A stretch of DNA of 63,197 bases, counting the filler, from Octopus bimaculoides (lineage: Eukaryota), in the NCBI RefSeq assembly GCF_001194135.2. It is 8 parts of 7 records of this genome, joined end to end, with 100 filler letters (N's around TTAATTAATTAA, not from the genome) between each part and the next. Parts side by side here need not be neighbours in the genome. Positions count along the whole stretch, not along the records: positions 34,067 to 42,158 come from NC_068985.1; positions 42,259 to 54,694 come from NC_068989.1; 6 more parts are not named here. One strand, given 5' to 3'. Below the pieces are notes generated by a model. The model was not told where the DNA came from. It did not search any database and was given only the letters and a program-made list of their open reading frames with translations. Positions 39,081-53,039 of the stretch are shown here, in pieces (position 1 is the stretch's first letter; every line of letters starts with the position of its first letter). Made by a program: the position numbers and the translations under genes.

Positions 39081-40764
39081 AAAAGAGAGAGTGTGTGTTT
39101 AAATGGCAAAATATGACCATCCTCAAGTCTAACAATATCTGTTTCAGCACATGATTTCACATCAGGGATCTTGCAAAACAAATACATGAGCATAATGGGG
39201 TTTTATTTGTATCTTTTAGATGAATTTAAAAAAATTCAATTACATTTGTGTAAAGAAATAGGCTTGGCTTGTGTGCTGCTAATTGTTTCATTCTTTCATA
39301 AACCAGGAGTTGGATTTCAGGCATAAAACCCTCATCTCTCTGTTCTACATTCTGGCATCAATAATGAAAATCAGTCAACAAAAGTAGTAATTTAATGTTG
39401 CTGTCATTCTATTTTTGTTCAATGTCAACTCTAGTCAAGCAAGGTTATGGAGCAAGACTGTTGTAGCCCATGACCATCCTCCCTTTTTGTCTGTTGTGTT
39501 TTTCTTCTTTTAGGATGGCTTGGGTGCAATCTGAGGGCAGAAATAGCTGCCATTTCTAGCATGTAGTGCAGATATTGGCATCCTTTTTTTACAGCAAGCA
39601 AATCTTAAAAAACATTGCCATCTTAAACTGAACCATACAAAAGGCAAACACCTTCTTTGATAACTCTGGGATGATCAAAACCTTGTGAGTGGATTTGATA
39701 AATGAAAATTGAAAGAAGCTAATCCTATATATATATTCAAATATGAATTAGAAGTAGCGCTAGTGTTGTAAATATTATTGAACACATACTCAATCTATGT
39801 GCATTGCTTGTTCACTGGTAGGCTGCAATTTGGTGCAGTGGAAATGACTCCATCAAAGCACTGGGTGTTAAAACACCTGAAAGTCATAGACAGGTGAGAC
39901 AACTCACCCTAAATCTAAATGTTTCTCCCTTATAAACTGCCATTGGCAGGACAATGCTCTGGCACAGCAGAATCTTCATATGGTTGCAAATCCAAGTGTT
40001 GGTCCAGATCTTTTTCATTTCTCTGAACACTGCTGTTGCATGCTCAATTCTGGAGTTGACATCTGCCTCAGAACTCCACTCAGTAGCAATATTGATGCCC
40101 ACGTAGGTGAAACCGATGTCTCCAGTGGGTTCTTTATTCACAAGGATTTGCCCACTTATTTTCTATAGATTAAAGTTTAGAGTTTATCATTTTTTCTAGA
40201 TTATACTATCTCTACTTAAATAAAAAAGAAGAAAAAATTGATTGAGAGAGCATGGAAAATTAACAAGAGAGGAAGAAATTAAATTGTTCAAACTGCCAGA
40301 GCTGGATTGACAGATTATATTAGACAATCATGATATAATGAGTGACATAAAGGGCTGCATGCAGCATAAGTACCATGGGTTGCCCATGCCTGGCATACAG
40401 GCTGGTGGGCTTTGCTGGCTTACAGTAATTTAATTGATATAACATTGATAAATTGTTTGGACTTTCTCAGCATTAGAAATTGTTTCAGAAATTCCGAAGC
40501 ATATCATAGAGCTGTTTATACATTCGCACATATGAGGGAATACTGAAAAGTTCCTGGTTTTAAGGGTATCATGAAAGACCTGGCTGGAGGCTCAACCTTC
40601 CAAATTCTTTTACAGGGCTTAGAACAACTGAAGGATCACTGCAATAAGTGTATGAATCTGAGAGGGGAATATGTTGAATAAAATAATGATTAACTGATCG
40701 TCCTGTATTTCTTTTACCAAGAACTATTCACCATCCCCTTGTACATGTATGTTGTGTGTCTGTG

Positions 40765-40837
<73 letters not shown>

Positions 40838-41629
40838 ACAAATATGTCTTGTTAATTTCCAGTCTTCTATGAAAAACATATCTGGCTAAGGAAACATTTC
40901 CTTGCTTGAAAACAGGTGAAGGTTGTCAACAGAAAGGGCGTCCAGCCGTTGTAATTCTGCTTCAACAAATTGTTTTCACCTATGCAAGCAAGGCAAAGGA
41001 GACATTAAATGATGATGATGATACATATATTTATAAATATGTCAGCTTAACTCAGTCCCTCCTTCTCACATATCAGTTTTGTACAGTGAGAAGCTATGTC
41101 GTCTCTCATACTTATAGACAAGTGGGCACAATAGATATAACAATATATGGACTACTTTGAACCAGTAACTAATACTCTTATTTACATGCAGTCAAAATTT
41201 AGATATTTAGAATAACCATTGTTAAATTATGAAAGTATATGTCCTTGCAGTTAGATTGTTAGGCAAATCATTAGGTTGTGTGTCTGATTTTCAGACCTGG
41301 CAACATTTGTTTTTGTTCAAGGCAATTCATTTCACATTGCTTGAGTAAATTCAACCTTACAACAGATTGGTATCTTGTTCAGCTGGTAGTCTTGTACATT
41401 TGTACATTCAGCTTTGTAAATCTGGATATAATCAGGCATCATGAGTGTGTAGGCTTGAGGTAGACATCTAAAGTGTTAAATTCTTGAATTTTTATTTTAA
41501 ATTTGTATCCTGTTTCTATAAAAAAAAATTGCGATTCTAAAATTGACTTAAATAGATTTGGAGATAATTTGATATTAAGTTTATTTTATTTTGCATGACT
41601 TATAATGTTTTAAAAATTTTCATCTTCAG

Positions 41630-41666
41630 AATTGCTCCAAAGACTGCTCATGCTGCTTTTGATAAG
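41630..41666 (+). CDS. SGPL1: Sphingosine-1-phosphate lyase exon (37 bp)
   Basis: cttcag|a att gct cca aag act gct cat gct gct ttt gat aag|gtgagt completes ATA and gives IIAPKTAHAAFDK; frame compatible with the previous exon (89+37=126). Confidence 0.88.
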
Positions 41667-41849
41667 GTGAGTGCCATTGACCTAAAGATTATTTTTATGA
41701 TGTTTAATAACTACAACAGAATTTTGTGTTTTCTGGGCGCCCTTAAGTTTAATTAACTTTTGAGACTATTTTAATTGTTTTAGAATATAAAAAAAGTTAA
41801 ATTTTATTTTCAATATTTTACATGTTTTTCGAAAATGATTTTGTTATTT

Positions 41850-42158
41850 AGGCGCAAGAGTGGCTGTGTGGTAAGTAGCTTGCTTACCAACCACATAGTT
41901 CCGGGCTCAGTCCCACTGCATGGCACCTTGGGCAAGTGTCTTCTACTATAGCCTCGGGCTGACCAAAGCCTTGTAAGTGGATTTGGTAGACGGAAACTGA
42001 AAAGAAGCCCGTCGTATGTATGTATATATATGTGTGTGTGTGTGTGTGTGTCTGTGTTTGTTTCCCACGACATCGCTTGACAACTGATGCTGGTGTATTT
42101 ACATCCTCGTAACTTAGCGATTCGGCAAAAGAGACCGATAGAATAAGTACTAGGCTTA
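41850..42158 (+). mobile_element. SINE family B, cut by scaffold end
   Basis: Matches the 38665 copy. Confidence 0.85.
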
Positions 42159-42258
42159 NNNNNNNNNNNNNNNNNNNNNNNNNNNNNNNNNNNNNNNNNN
42201 NNTTAATTAATTAANNNNNNNNNNNNNNNNNNNNNNNNNNNNNNNNNNNNNNNNNNNN
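42159..42258. other. Artificial scaffold-joining spacer
   Basis: 44 N + TTAATTAATTAA + 44 N. Confidence 0.95.
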
Positions 42259-42293
<35 letters not shown>

Positions 42294-42644
42294 ATATATA
42301 TGTATTATGTATGTATGTTTATATCTGTGCATGTGTGTGTGTGTTAAGAATGTTATATGCGCAAATATGTTAATCTAGTGCTGCTTCTATTACATGATTT
42401 AAATTCTATTCAGCCAATCGGCCTTTTTGCGTGCCATTTGTTTTTGGTTCACTTCTCATGTCAGTGCAGAGTCCGATCCACAATGATGCTTTGAGAGTTA
42501 GGCCCCGAAATGGTGCGCATTTTCTCGTGTTGACCCCATACACTTGCTGGCTTCCGGTTTTCGGAGCTTTCGCCTAGTAACACTTACATGTGCAAGTTGT
42601 TTGCAAAACGTATCTATTATATCTCCGACTGGCAGATGCAACTT

Positions 42645-43680
42645 TATTGCGGATGTGACTCCTCAATAAAGTCGCAATAAACTTTCATAATTAGCATCCC
42701 ACGACTCCTATCTGATATTGCTCCAGAGTATACATGCCTCAAGCTCTTTACTGGTTCTTCTTTGACTATTGGTATGCTTTCTTCGGCTATTTTATATCTA
42801 ACTTCTTTTTGCATTCCCTTAATAAATGTCAGACTACGCGACTTTTTGCCCTGAACCACTTTATCAACTCGTCTAGTTTCAAGCGGGCACTCAGTAAGAT
42901 TTGCTTATCTGTCGACAGAAGTGTCCCGTCACCCATGAAGACACTCTTAGATGATTGTAGGTAGGCCATTTGTTCCGAAATTCTACTGCTTTCAAAATCC
43001 TCTCTATGACTGGGACAAACCACGTGACAGATATTGTGCAGCCAGCAGCAATGCCAATTTAGAATTGGTGCCAATCTGTTGTAATATTTCCAGCTGTAAA
43101 CCTCATCTCGAAACTGTCATAATATACCCTCACTACTTTTGTTACTTTCTCCGGAATGTAGAAGTGGTCCATGGCTTTCATCAGTAATTCATGTGGCACT
43201 GGGCCATATGCATTAGCTAGATCAAGCCATACCATGTTTGTTCTGTTTGGCATCCTGAGTCGCTTTCCAAATCGAAAAACAATGCTCAACCCATCCAGGG
43301 ATTCCGGCCTTTTGAAGATATTCATCAACATATCCATTACTCTGCAAATATGTTACTGTTCTTCTTCCGAGAATTCTCATAAAGATCTTGCCATCCACAT
43401 TCAATAAGGATATCAGCCTAAACTGTTTATAGTTTCTGCATTGGCTTCCTTGGGCATAAATATGCCTTCTGCCTTATGCCAATCCACTACTAGAGTCTTT
43501 TTGCACCACAGCTGTCGGAACAAGACAAACAGCTTCTTTCATAGACGATTGCAATACTTATATACTTTATGCGAGACGCTATCACTTCCTAGTGCACTCT
43601 TTGCTCTAACTTTTCTCACAGAATCATTCACCTCTTTCTCCCTGGTGTCTCCAATTTGAAATTCGACATCAGGTTCTAAG
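42645..43680 (-). mobile_element. Non-LTR retrotransposon RT remnant of the R2-group/HERO-like type
   Basis: LLNVDGKIF..LGRR..TYLQSNGYVD..QKAGIPG..EH; VWLDLANAYGPVPHELL..MRF; multiple frameshifts. Confidence 0.75.
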
Positions 43681-44419
43681 AGATCCTATATGTAAGTGTA
43701 TGTGTAAACATGCATAAACACACTCACATATATAAAATGTATGTATATATGTATGTATGTATGAATGCACTTCTCTGTGTTTTTGTCTGTTTTGTATTTA
43801 GATGAAGTTTCCTAATTAATGAAATACAACATACCCGTTCATTTGGGTATAATCTCATCTAATTATGTTTTTGTTATGCGAGTAAATATTTGGCGATATT
43901 TATCTAAACAAAACAGCTGTTGAGCGCAATTAACGTGTGAACTATATTTGAAATTTAGTGCTTCTCTGTTTTCTGTTAAATATATGTATATACATATGTA
44001 CCAACATGTGTACGTGTGTTTGTATATGAGGATGGGCTGGCCTCGCGTATGTAGGAGAGTAAAGTGACAAATGAATAAGAAATTGTGTCATGAATTTTGA
44101 TTACTTACAGGTGCTTCTGTTTTAGTAAAATTTTTGTATATCCCTCTAATAGCTTCATTAGAGCTTCAAACATGAAAAGCAATTATATTTGGTTAAGTAG
44201 TTACATTTATGCATATATATATTACACTGAAAAAGTATTATCAACGCAAAAAACAAAGAGCATAAACCTACGTAGGAAATGAATTCAGAAGTGAGAAGCT
44301 AAAGGGTGATACACAAACATTCACTTATGAGTGGACTGCAATTCGCTACAGTCTCTTTAAAGTAAACAAAATCAAAATTTTTAATTGGGGGAGGAGTGGG
44401 GGAGTGAAATTAATTTTGC

Positions 44420-44662
44420 TTCTGCCTGTCTCTGTTTCACTTGTTAACTCTTGTGGGTTCGAAGAAGGAGTGCTGTGATAGTAGCAGAGTGTTAATTAGT
44501 TGGGTGTCCTGACATTGACCTGACATTGACCAAACAATACAGATCACTACGACCATCAACAGGTCAATGTCAGGACACCGAACCAATTAACACTCTGCTA
44601 CTATCATAGCACTCCTTCTTCGAACCCACAAGAGTTAACAAGTGAAACAGAGACAGGCAGAA
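44420..44662. repeat. Near-perfect foldback: ~103-bp arms, 3 mismatches, 37-nt loop
   Basis: 44420-44522 is the reverse complement of 44560-44662. Confidence 0.92.
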
Positions 44663-44699
44663 ACAAGAAAAATGCCCCTGTTATTTGAATACTATACTT

Positions 44700-45969
44700 C
44701 TTCCAGCATGCGATGAGGATTTCTATTTTTATGTCTTTAAAAGCAGCGTGGATGACTGACAGGCGCGTTGTGATCGTGAAGTTACGCTAGTACACCTTTA
44801 ACTTGAAATTCTCGTCCGAATCCATTGCGTCCACAAGGTGTTGGAGACAGTTCCGAGTGTAAAGTGCCTTGAAGGCACGGATCATGCCTTGATCCATAGG
44901 CTGGACGAGGGATGTGGTTTTAGCAGGGAGGAACTCGACTTGAACTCCCTCGTGATTCAAATCCAAAGAGTGACGACCAGCATTATCCATAACAAGCAAC
45001 ACCTTGAATTCTATGCAAACATTTTGGAGGTATTCCTTGGCTTGAGTGATGAAGCATTGGTGGAACCAATTCAAAGTTAGACGTTTAGTAATCCAGGCCT
45101 TGTGGTTGTGCATCCAGTGGACAGGCAGCAGATTTTTATTATTTTTGAAGGCCCTCGGATTCGTGGAATTTGAGATAAGTCCTGGTTTCATCATGAAACC
45201 AGCAGCATTGCCACACGTAATTAGCATCACTCTGTCCTTCTGTACCTTAAATGATGAGGCTCTGGCTTCATCCTTCATGATGTATGTTCTGGAAGACATC
45301 TTCTTCCAGGACAAGCCAGTCTCGTCTATACTGAAAACTTGTTCCGGCTTGTATCCCTTGTCCTCGATGATCTGCCTGAAGGTTTCGAGGTACTTGTCGG
45401 CTGATGCTGTCTCTTCATGCAGTGGAACACTTTATTTTAAACCGTTTCTGGAAACGGTCAACCCATCCCTTGCTGGTTTGAAAATCTTCGGGCTCCGGTG
45501 CTGTCAATGGTCTTGGTTGTGGTTCTTTGGTGTCTTCTACTCCGTCTTACCTCTCGAACTGCTGGTATAATTTCAGCGCTTTCTCGCAGATGATGTTACT
45601 GCTCAAGGGGATGTTTTTCTTCTTGCAGTCACTGATCCACAATGCCAAGGTAGATTCTATCCTTACAAAGTGCTTATTTCTCACTATCATTATCTTTTTG
45701 GCACTTTCACAGAAACTTAGTGCTACGGTAGTCCTGATCGCCACCTCGTTCTTCTTTATGTAGCGTATAGTTATTTCATTGTCAACATAATAGCGACCTA
45801 CTGCAGCATAACTTTTAGCTTCCTGGAACATATCCAGCATTTGTGCCTTCTCATGGAACGTCATAACCTTTTTCTGGCGCTTAGGTTTACTGCCAGAAGC
45901 TTTAGAAGGGGTAGGGCATTTGGGCGGAAATCTTAGGGCTTTAATAACACGCTTCGAAAAGCACAGCAC
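44700..45969 (-). mobile_element. Tigger/pogo transposase (CENP-B HTH + DDE_1), frameshifted
   Basis: KRQKKVMTFHEK...IESTLALWISDC..KNIPLS..IICEKA; FNVDETGLSWKKM; KDRVML..CGNAAG; LLVMDNA; QPMDQG.IRAFKA.Y. Confidence 0.9.
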
Positions 45970-46646
45970 TCAACAAAATACTTGAGATAGCTACTGGACG
46001 CAGTTTTTTCAAAAAAACAGAAACCTATAAAAAATCTTCATTGTGTCTAATATGCGCATACCACCAATGGGAAATTGAGCAGAGAATTAAAATAGTCATT
46101 ATTTTGAAAAATTTAGTTTGTATTACCACTAAATACGGTAGTCTATACTATAATAATAAGAAAGGTAAGTGAATGAGAGAGAGAGAGAAAGAAGGGGAGA
46201 GGGAGGGGGACCAGCAAGTAACCTAATTACAGTGAGGCTATATTGGCTCCCGACCTTAAAAATTATCCTGTTGAAATTAACATTGTGTATGATCAAATGG
46301 TGATTTTAAAAAATGCGCTGGTAGTCGCTCTACTAATTAGCAAACTTTAATTGAAAGTAGGAATAAGAGATACAAGATACAGTGTACTTGTATCTAAAAA
46401 AAAAGAATCATGCGACGTGATGCGTGGCTATTCTAAACAGAGGGATCTTCAGCGACGAAGGGGCGCCCAGTAAACCGGAAAATACGGTATATTATTATTA
46501 ATAGTTTAGCCTTAAAATGTGTGAAAAAATATATATTGCCACGAAAAATGTCATAAAAAAGCGCGGACGATATTTACGATTCCGCGAATATGCGGTGGCT
46601 CCCGCGAACAATTATCAGTTCCGCGAATAACTGGGACCGCAAATAA

Positions 46647-46687
<41 letters not shown>

Positions 46688-46689
<2 letters not shown>

Positions 46690-46779
46690 GGCGCAGGGTT
46701 CAGTGGTTAGAGCGTCGAGCTTGCGATCGTGAGGTTGTGAGTTCGAATCCCGGACCGGGCTGCGTGTTGTATTCTTGAG
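46688..46779 (+). mobile_element. tRNA-derived SINE head (family C), cut by gap
   Basis: A box AGTGGTTAGAGCG and B box GAGTTCGAATCC, continuing into the SINE body gtgttgtattcttgag; related copy at ~56630-56830. Confidence 0.7.
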
Positions 46780-49700
46780 NNNNNNNNNNNNNNNNNNNNN
46801 NNNNNNNNNNNNNNNNNNNNNNNNNNNNNNNNNNNNNNNNNNNNNNNNNNNNNNNNNNNNNNNNNNNNNNNNNNNNNNNNNNNNNNNNNNNNNNNNNNNN
46901 NNNNNNNNNNNNNNNNNNNNNNNNNNNNNNNNNNNNNNNNNNNNNNNNNNNNNNNNNNNNNNNNNNNNNNNNNNNNNNNNNNNNNNNNNNNNNNNNNNNN
47001 NNNNNNNNNNNNNNNNNNNNNNNNNNNNNNNNNNNNNNNNNNNNNNNNNNNNNNNNNNNNNNNNNNNNNNNNNNNNNNNNNNNNNNNNNNNNNNNNNNNN
47101 NNNNNNNNNNNNNNNNNNNNNNNNNNNNNNNNNNNNNNNNNNNNNNNNNNNNNNNNNNNNNNNNNNNNNNNNNNNNNNNNNNNNNNNNNNNNNNNNNNNN
47201 NNNNNNNNNNNNNNNNNNNNNNNNNNNNNNNNNNNNNNNNNNNNNNNNNNNNNNNNNNNNNNNNNNNNNNNNNNNNNNNNNNNNNNNNNNNNNNNNNNNN
47301 NNNNNNNNNNNNNNNNNNNNNNNNNNNNNNNNNNNNNNNNNNNNNNNNNNNNNNNNNNNNNNNNNNNNNNNNNNNNNNNNNNNNNNNNNNNNNNNNNNNN
47401 NNNNNNNNNNNNNNNNNNNNNNNNNNNNNNNNNNNNNNNNNNNNNNNNNNNNNNNNNNNNNNNNNNNNNNNNNNNNNNNNNNNNNNNNNNNNNNNNNNNN
47501 NNNNNNNNNNNNNNNNNNNNNNNNNNNNNNNNNNNNNNNNNNNNNNNNNNNNNNNNNNNNNNNNNNNNNNNTGTTACACACATAGATACGCACAGCGTAA
47601 TTTATTATATAAACAATATATGCGTATAAATTACGATTAAACCGGATGAAATATGTCACAGGGAATAACATTTTTATGACCGCCCAGCAGTAACTCTATT
47701 CAGCTGAATAGACGTCAGTGATTGGTTGAAATTACAGAAATACGACAACTTTAACATGGAATAACTTGCGAATTCCTTTTTTTTTTTGTTAAGAAGACTA
47801 AGAGTAAAAGATGTTTTATATGACACATTCTACCAGTGTCCCAAGTTTCAAAGTGTTTCGTTTGTGTTTCGTTAAGAAAAAACTAGTGCCCCCGTTTTAA
47901 AATAGATCCCCGCTTGCTTTTTCCCCACCGGCCGACAGTTACATTCTCTCTGAGTTCACACTGGAGATATATAACAGAACTGCAGAGGGAGTGGTGTCGC
48001 TGTAAGGTACAAAGCAGACTCTCTCTCTTGGCAGTGTCGGAACGGACCCATTAGGTAACAACGTCTGTTTTTCAATAACACTTCAGTTGGCTTTGCAAAC
48101 ATGTGCACACACCCTTGGGCTACTCATAATATAATACACCATCCTTCTATTATTGCTGACGTTGTTAATAACTATTGTTATTTCTACTGCTGCTGTTTTC
48201 ACTTCTCATGCTGCTGCTGATGATTATGATGATGATGATGATTATGATGATGATGATGATTATGATGATGATGATGATGAGGGTAATGATGTAGTTATTG
48301 TTATTGTTCAGTCCCGTGTCAAACCTAAATGAGTAGATCGATAATCAAAAGCATTCCATTGCTGAGCATCACTTTCTATTATTAGATCCAGTGACCACTT
48401 GATGATGATGATGACGATAACGACGGTGTTACTGGTCGAACAAGTGTCGAATGTTTTGCATGTCGAAAGAACTGGTGGTTTTATTGTTTTTTTGGAAGTA
48501 TTGGTGTTGGCGGTAGTAGCAGTAGTAATAGTAGTAGTAGTCGTGGGGAGGGGTGTAATAGGGGAATCGCTAATGATGCCGATAACATATGCTTAATGTG
48601 TGAGGAGGTGATAGTTAGTAGATCAGAATAATATAACGTTGTTGTTGCAGTTTTCCCACCAAATTAGTTTTTCACATTCTGTGAATTATATTCAGATATA
48701 CAATGCAGAATTTCTAAAAGAAAAAAAAAATATTTTCTCAGATGCACAATGCTCTTTATACTTCTTGAAGCGTTATGGTATCATTTCCAGCAAAGTCCTT
48801 TCTGCCTTATTCGTTGCTGAAAGCCTATAATGATAGGTGAAGGTAACTGATGGTGACTGATGGTGACTGATGGTGACTGATGGGGAGTGAACGTGACTGC
48901 CGTGACGTGGTATTGTTTTAAGTTAGATACTTTTAAGTTAAGGACTTATTACTACTAACACTGCTGTTTGTGTTAGAGATAGCTCCCAGATATGCTCTTA
49001 GCGTTAAGCATCTATACGTGTGTGTGTGTGCGTGTGCGTGTGCGGGTGCGTGGGTGTATATGTGCATGTATGTGCGTGTGTGCGCGTGTATGTGTGTGTG
49101 TGTGTGTGTGTTTGTATCTGCGTTAACTGGTATCTCTATTGATGCACACAGCTATAGCTATACAAACGTAAATTTTTTTGTTGGTAATAGAATAAAAACC
49201 AAATATGTTTGTGACATGGCTTAATGAAGCGTTCGCTTCTTTTCCCTCTGCCTCTATCCTTCTGTCTCTTTTCTCATTCGCCTCCCACTTCCACGTCTCT
49301 TCCTACTCCTCCCCTCTCTCTCTCTCTCTCTCTCTCATAGGTGACACTTTTTTGGAACATATCCAAGCTGAAAACAACAGGATGATTCAAGCAGCGTTAA
49401 TCACTAGATAATGGCGATCGTGCATTCATTGGTGGATTAAAAACAACTCAATTAGCGAATCATAAGTGGGTTGAGTATCAAACTATAGGATTATCCCTGT
49501 ATTTGAGTTACTAAACTTCCATATTATGGGATGGCAATTCATATCTCTCCGAACGTGTATTGTTGCTTCTGTGGATAAAAGAACACATTTCTGCGTACCT
49601 TGTCGTTCTTGAGGAAAGTTAACGTATAGTGTCTTTAGTGTCTTAGCTCCTGCTGAGAGATTTTCTATTTCATCTAATCAAAGGTTCTGCTGTTGCTGGC

Positions 49701-50685
49701 GATGGTGGCGGTTGAGGTGGTGGTGGTGGTGATGATGATGATGATGATGATGATGAAGATGACGACGATGATGAAGAGGAATCAAATCTTTTTGATGATA
49801 CGTGTTGTGATAAGAAACTGCTACTGAGATAAAACAAATGAAATCAATGTACGTGGTTAGTAACGTGGTGGAATTAGAGATATGGCAAATCGATAACTCG
49901 TTCAAGAGTAGGAAACGACCGATTCTTTAATCCCTTGAGTAAGTACGAAGAGGAGAGTGAGACAGACAGACAGACAGACAAATAGAGAAAGCATGTTTGA
50001 TTTCCGTTCACATAGCCAAAGAAATTTTAATTGCGTTTAATACAACGAACGATGAACTACAAAAATTTCACCTTCCTATGTATGCAGCGTGAGAGCCGTT
50101 GCATATATATGGAGGTGTTTGTAGAAGAATGCGTGCATCAGGGATTTTTAATGACTTAATCAGAACATGAATTGACAGCGTCCGTAACAGTTCATATGAC
50201 TTCTATGAATGATGTACGAAAAAAAGATAGAAAATACGAAATTGATTTAACTTAAGACCATAGGTCTCATCCAAATGCCAACAACAAAGCGGACTCAGAT
50301 AAAATTAACGAGGTATGTTATGCTGGCGATGGATTAAGTCTATCCAACCAGCAACAAGTGCAGTCAGTGTGACAGGCTGTGCACAGTTTACTTCTATTTA
50401 GTTTCACGCTTGGATCGACACAAGTGCACGCAGCTGTAAAGTAAGACCGAACACGGCACCACATCATTATGAAGTGTATCTTAAAACCGCATGGCCATTC
50501 CTTCTCTGATTCCTAAATGTATGAGAATTGTACATATCTTTGTGGATGTGTGTGTGTGTCAGAGTTTCTGTGTGAGTGCATGTGTGTACGTTTGCTTTAA
50601 TACATTAGTACCTGTGTTTGTATGTGTCTGAGGGTGCTCTGAGCGAGTGTGTGTATTTGTGTGTGCGTATTAGTACGTGCGTGTA

Positions 50686-50722
<37 letters not shown>

Positions 50723-52477
50723 GTAGTGGATGATTATGTAAATATAAGGTGCATAGATATCAGCTTGTGCGTAGGAGTATGTGTATTAGTGAGTGTGAGT
50801 GAGTGAGTGAGTGAGTGAGTGAGTGAGTGAGTATGTATGTTTGTGTGCAAAATAACATCAGTATGTGTGGATGTGTGTATGGTTAGTATGTTACTGGAAA
50901 TGCTTCAGCTGAGTCTCGAAAACATTATTCATATTAACAGAACATGACTCAATATTCTTTTGTGGAGCTGCATTAATTTGTTACACACCATGTAAATTTA
51001 TACACTGTCTATTTACTATACTGTGTGTCTATTTACTGCCCAATATGTGTATTTACTATACACAGTTTTTATTAACCAATATACTGTTTTCTACGCACTG
51101 CGTCTATTTACCACACAGTGTAAATATTTAGGACATAGTATATCTATTTACTACACACTGGGCCTACTTACCTTCTCGCTAAGTCTATTTACTACACATT
51201 ATTTACCTGAACACTGCAAATTTTCTACATAATGTGTTTAGTACACACTGTGTATTCAAGGACAGAGATTTGTGTGCTATCTCTTGTACTTTTTGATATT
51301 TTTCCATCCATGAGACCTCGCTGTTACATAGGAAGATTAAAAACGAAGCGTGTGTTACAATTAACTTCTGGCTCGATGCCATTTCTTCAATATCAGAAGG
51401 CAGCAAGTTAATTCTAACCTCAGAACTCCTCACTTCACAGAGCTACTATATGCTTATGTTTGTGATCTTGTAGTGAACTTCATGCAGGCTTGGCGTGGAT
51501 TCGATCCTCGATCGCCAAATTTCACTTAACAGTTCAACAGCACTTTTCCCACAAAGAAAACAATGGCTGACAGCAAGTTACATTTAACATGTGGCTTTGT
51601 TAAGCCGATTTGTCCTTGCTACAGAAAGCTCTATACTGTGATCCACACTGTGATGCATTTCATAACTATGCAACCCTGCCGATGCACAAAGTAATCGCTC
51701 GCCATCGAAACCCGTAAGTGCAACATTTCGACAGTTACCTGCCGAGAAACTAACTGGAAGAAAATACGGAAGTCCGCACATGCAACATCTTCGACACACA
51801 CGCTTTTCGTCTCGTCCCGACGTACAGATCCTGCATTGTCTACGAACTTTTGCGTGTATATAAGACTCTCATATAGACTCTCAACAACTCTTTTTCTTTG
51901 TATGCACATCTTTGTTGCACTTTCAGCAATAGACTTTGGATCTAGTTTTTTTTTTCATTCGCAAAATATGCATCTTTTAAAAGGAAGTAAAAAATCTGAA
52001 AATAGGTTATAAGAATGTAGTCTTCCAGTCTTATTGCTATGAAGGCATGATGTTATGGAGGAAAAATTGGAGGAAAGAGTTACAGAGGTTTAAAGATCGG
52101 AAAAACTCTGTATTTTTAGCCAATAGCGAGACAGAAATTTTCTGTGGTTAGCGGAGCGGTGTCAACTTTAAGGTTATACCCTGTGAAATTTATAGTTTAG
52201 CGTCTGCGACATGACCTGTCCATTGTAGGTTTCTAAATAAACAGAAATACCAAATAAAATTAATATGTACCATCTTACTATTTCTTTTGTCGCTTTATTG
52301 ATTGTATGTTTTTATTATGTTTTAAAATTTGTTATATCAATATATTTGTCTGCATGTGTTTACTTTATGCATATTTCAGTATTATGTACACCTGTCATGT
52401 ATTTGTGTACATTATTAATATATAAGTGCATGTGGATGTATGTATTCATATATAAGTTTATATGCACATTTATGCAT

Positions 52478-52524
<47 letters not shown>

Positions 52525-53039
52525 GAGGGCGTCTGTCTCCAAAACTCCAAAGTTGAGTAACATTTTCATGCTTGGATTTGTAAACTACGATAAGAATAAC
52601 ACTGGTCAACAAAGAATTTGTCCCAAGGAAAAGAATACCTGTATCTTGTACGTTTTTGCATGCAAAATTCAAAAAATAATGTCAAATTATCTGTATCACC
52701 CACAGTTTCTCTGTTCCACGATATCCCTCTCAGTTACTGTTACGTGGGCTAAATTTCAATTAAGCTGTTGAAATGTGAAGCTAACGGTTTAAGAAATACT
52801 CCTAATTAAATTTTTTATGAACAGAATTATCCGAGGGAAATCATAAATTCAGCTATCTGAATCAATGAGTGTCAAAAATATATGAAATGAAAAATATGTA
52901 AAAATACTAACACACAGAAAAATTAAAACAAAACACCCGGGTGCCTTTCTTTAATTTTGCTCTGAATAAAAGGTGTGGTAATAGACTCACAAGACAATAA
53001 CGATTCACTAGGAACACTTTATTCAGTGCAGACCACAAT

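Noticed and set aside
44505-44535. DR5-like nuclear receptor site (TGGTCA-N5-AGGTCA on the minus strand)
   Set aside because: It arises from a short tandem duplication at the foldback loop boundary, and there is no nearby gene context.
46688-46779. tRNA gene
   Set aside because: A and B boxes are present, but I could not form a proper acceptor stem and the sequence continues into a SINE body; treated as a SINE head.
51560-51910. Complex island with splice-donor-like sites on both strands, as a possible first exon or promoter
   Set aside because: No recognisable product or defining promoter element; it cannot be supported from sequence alone.
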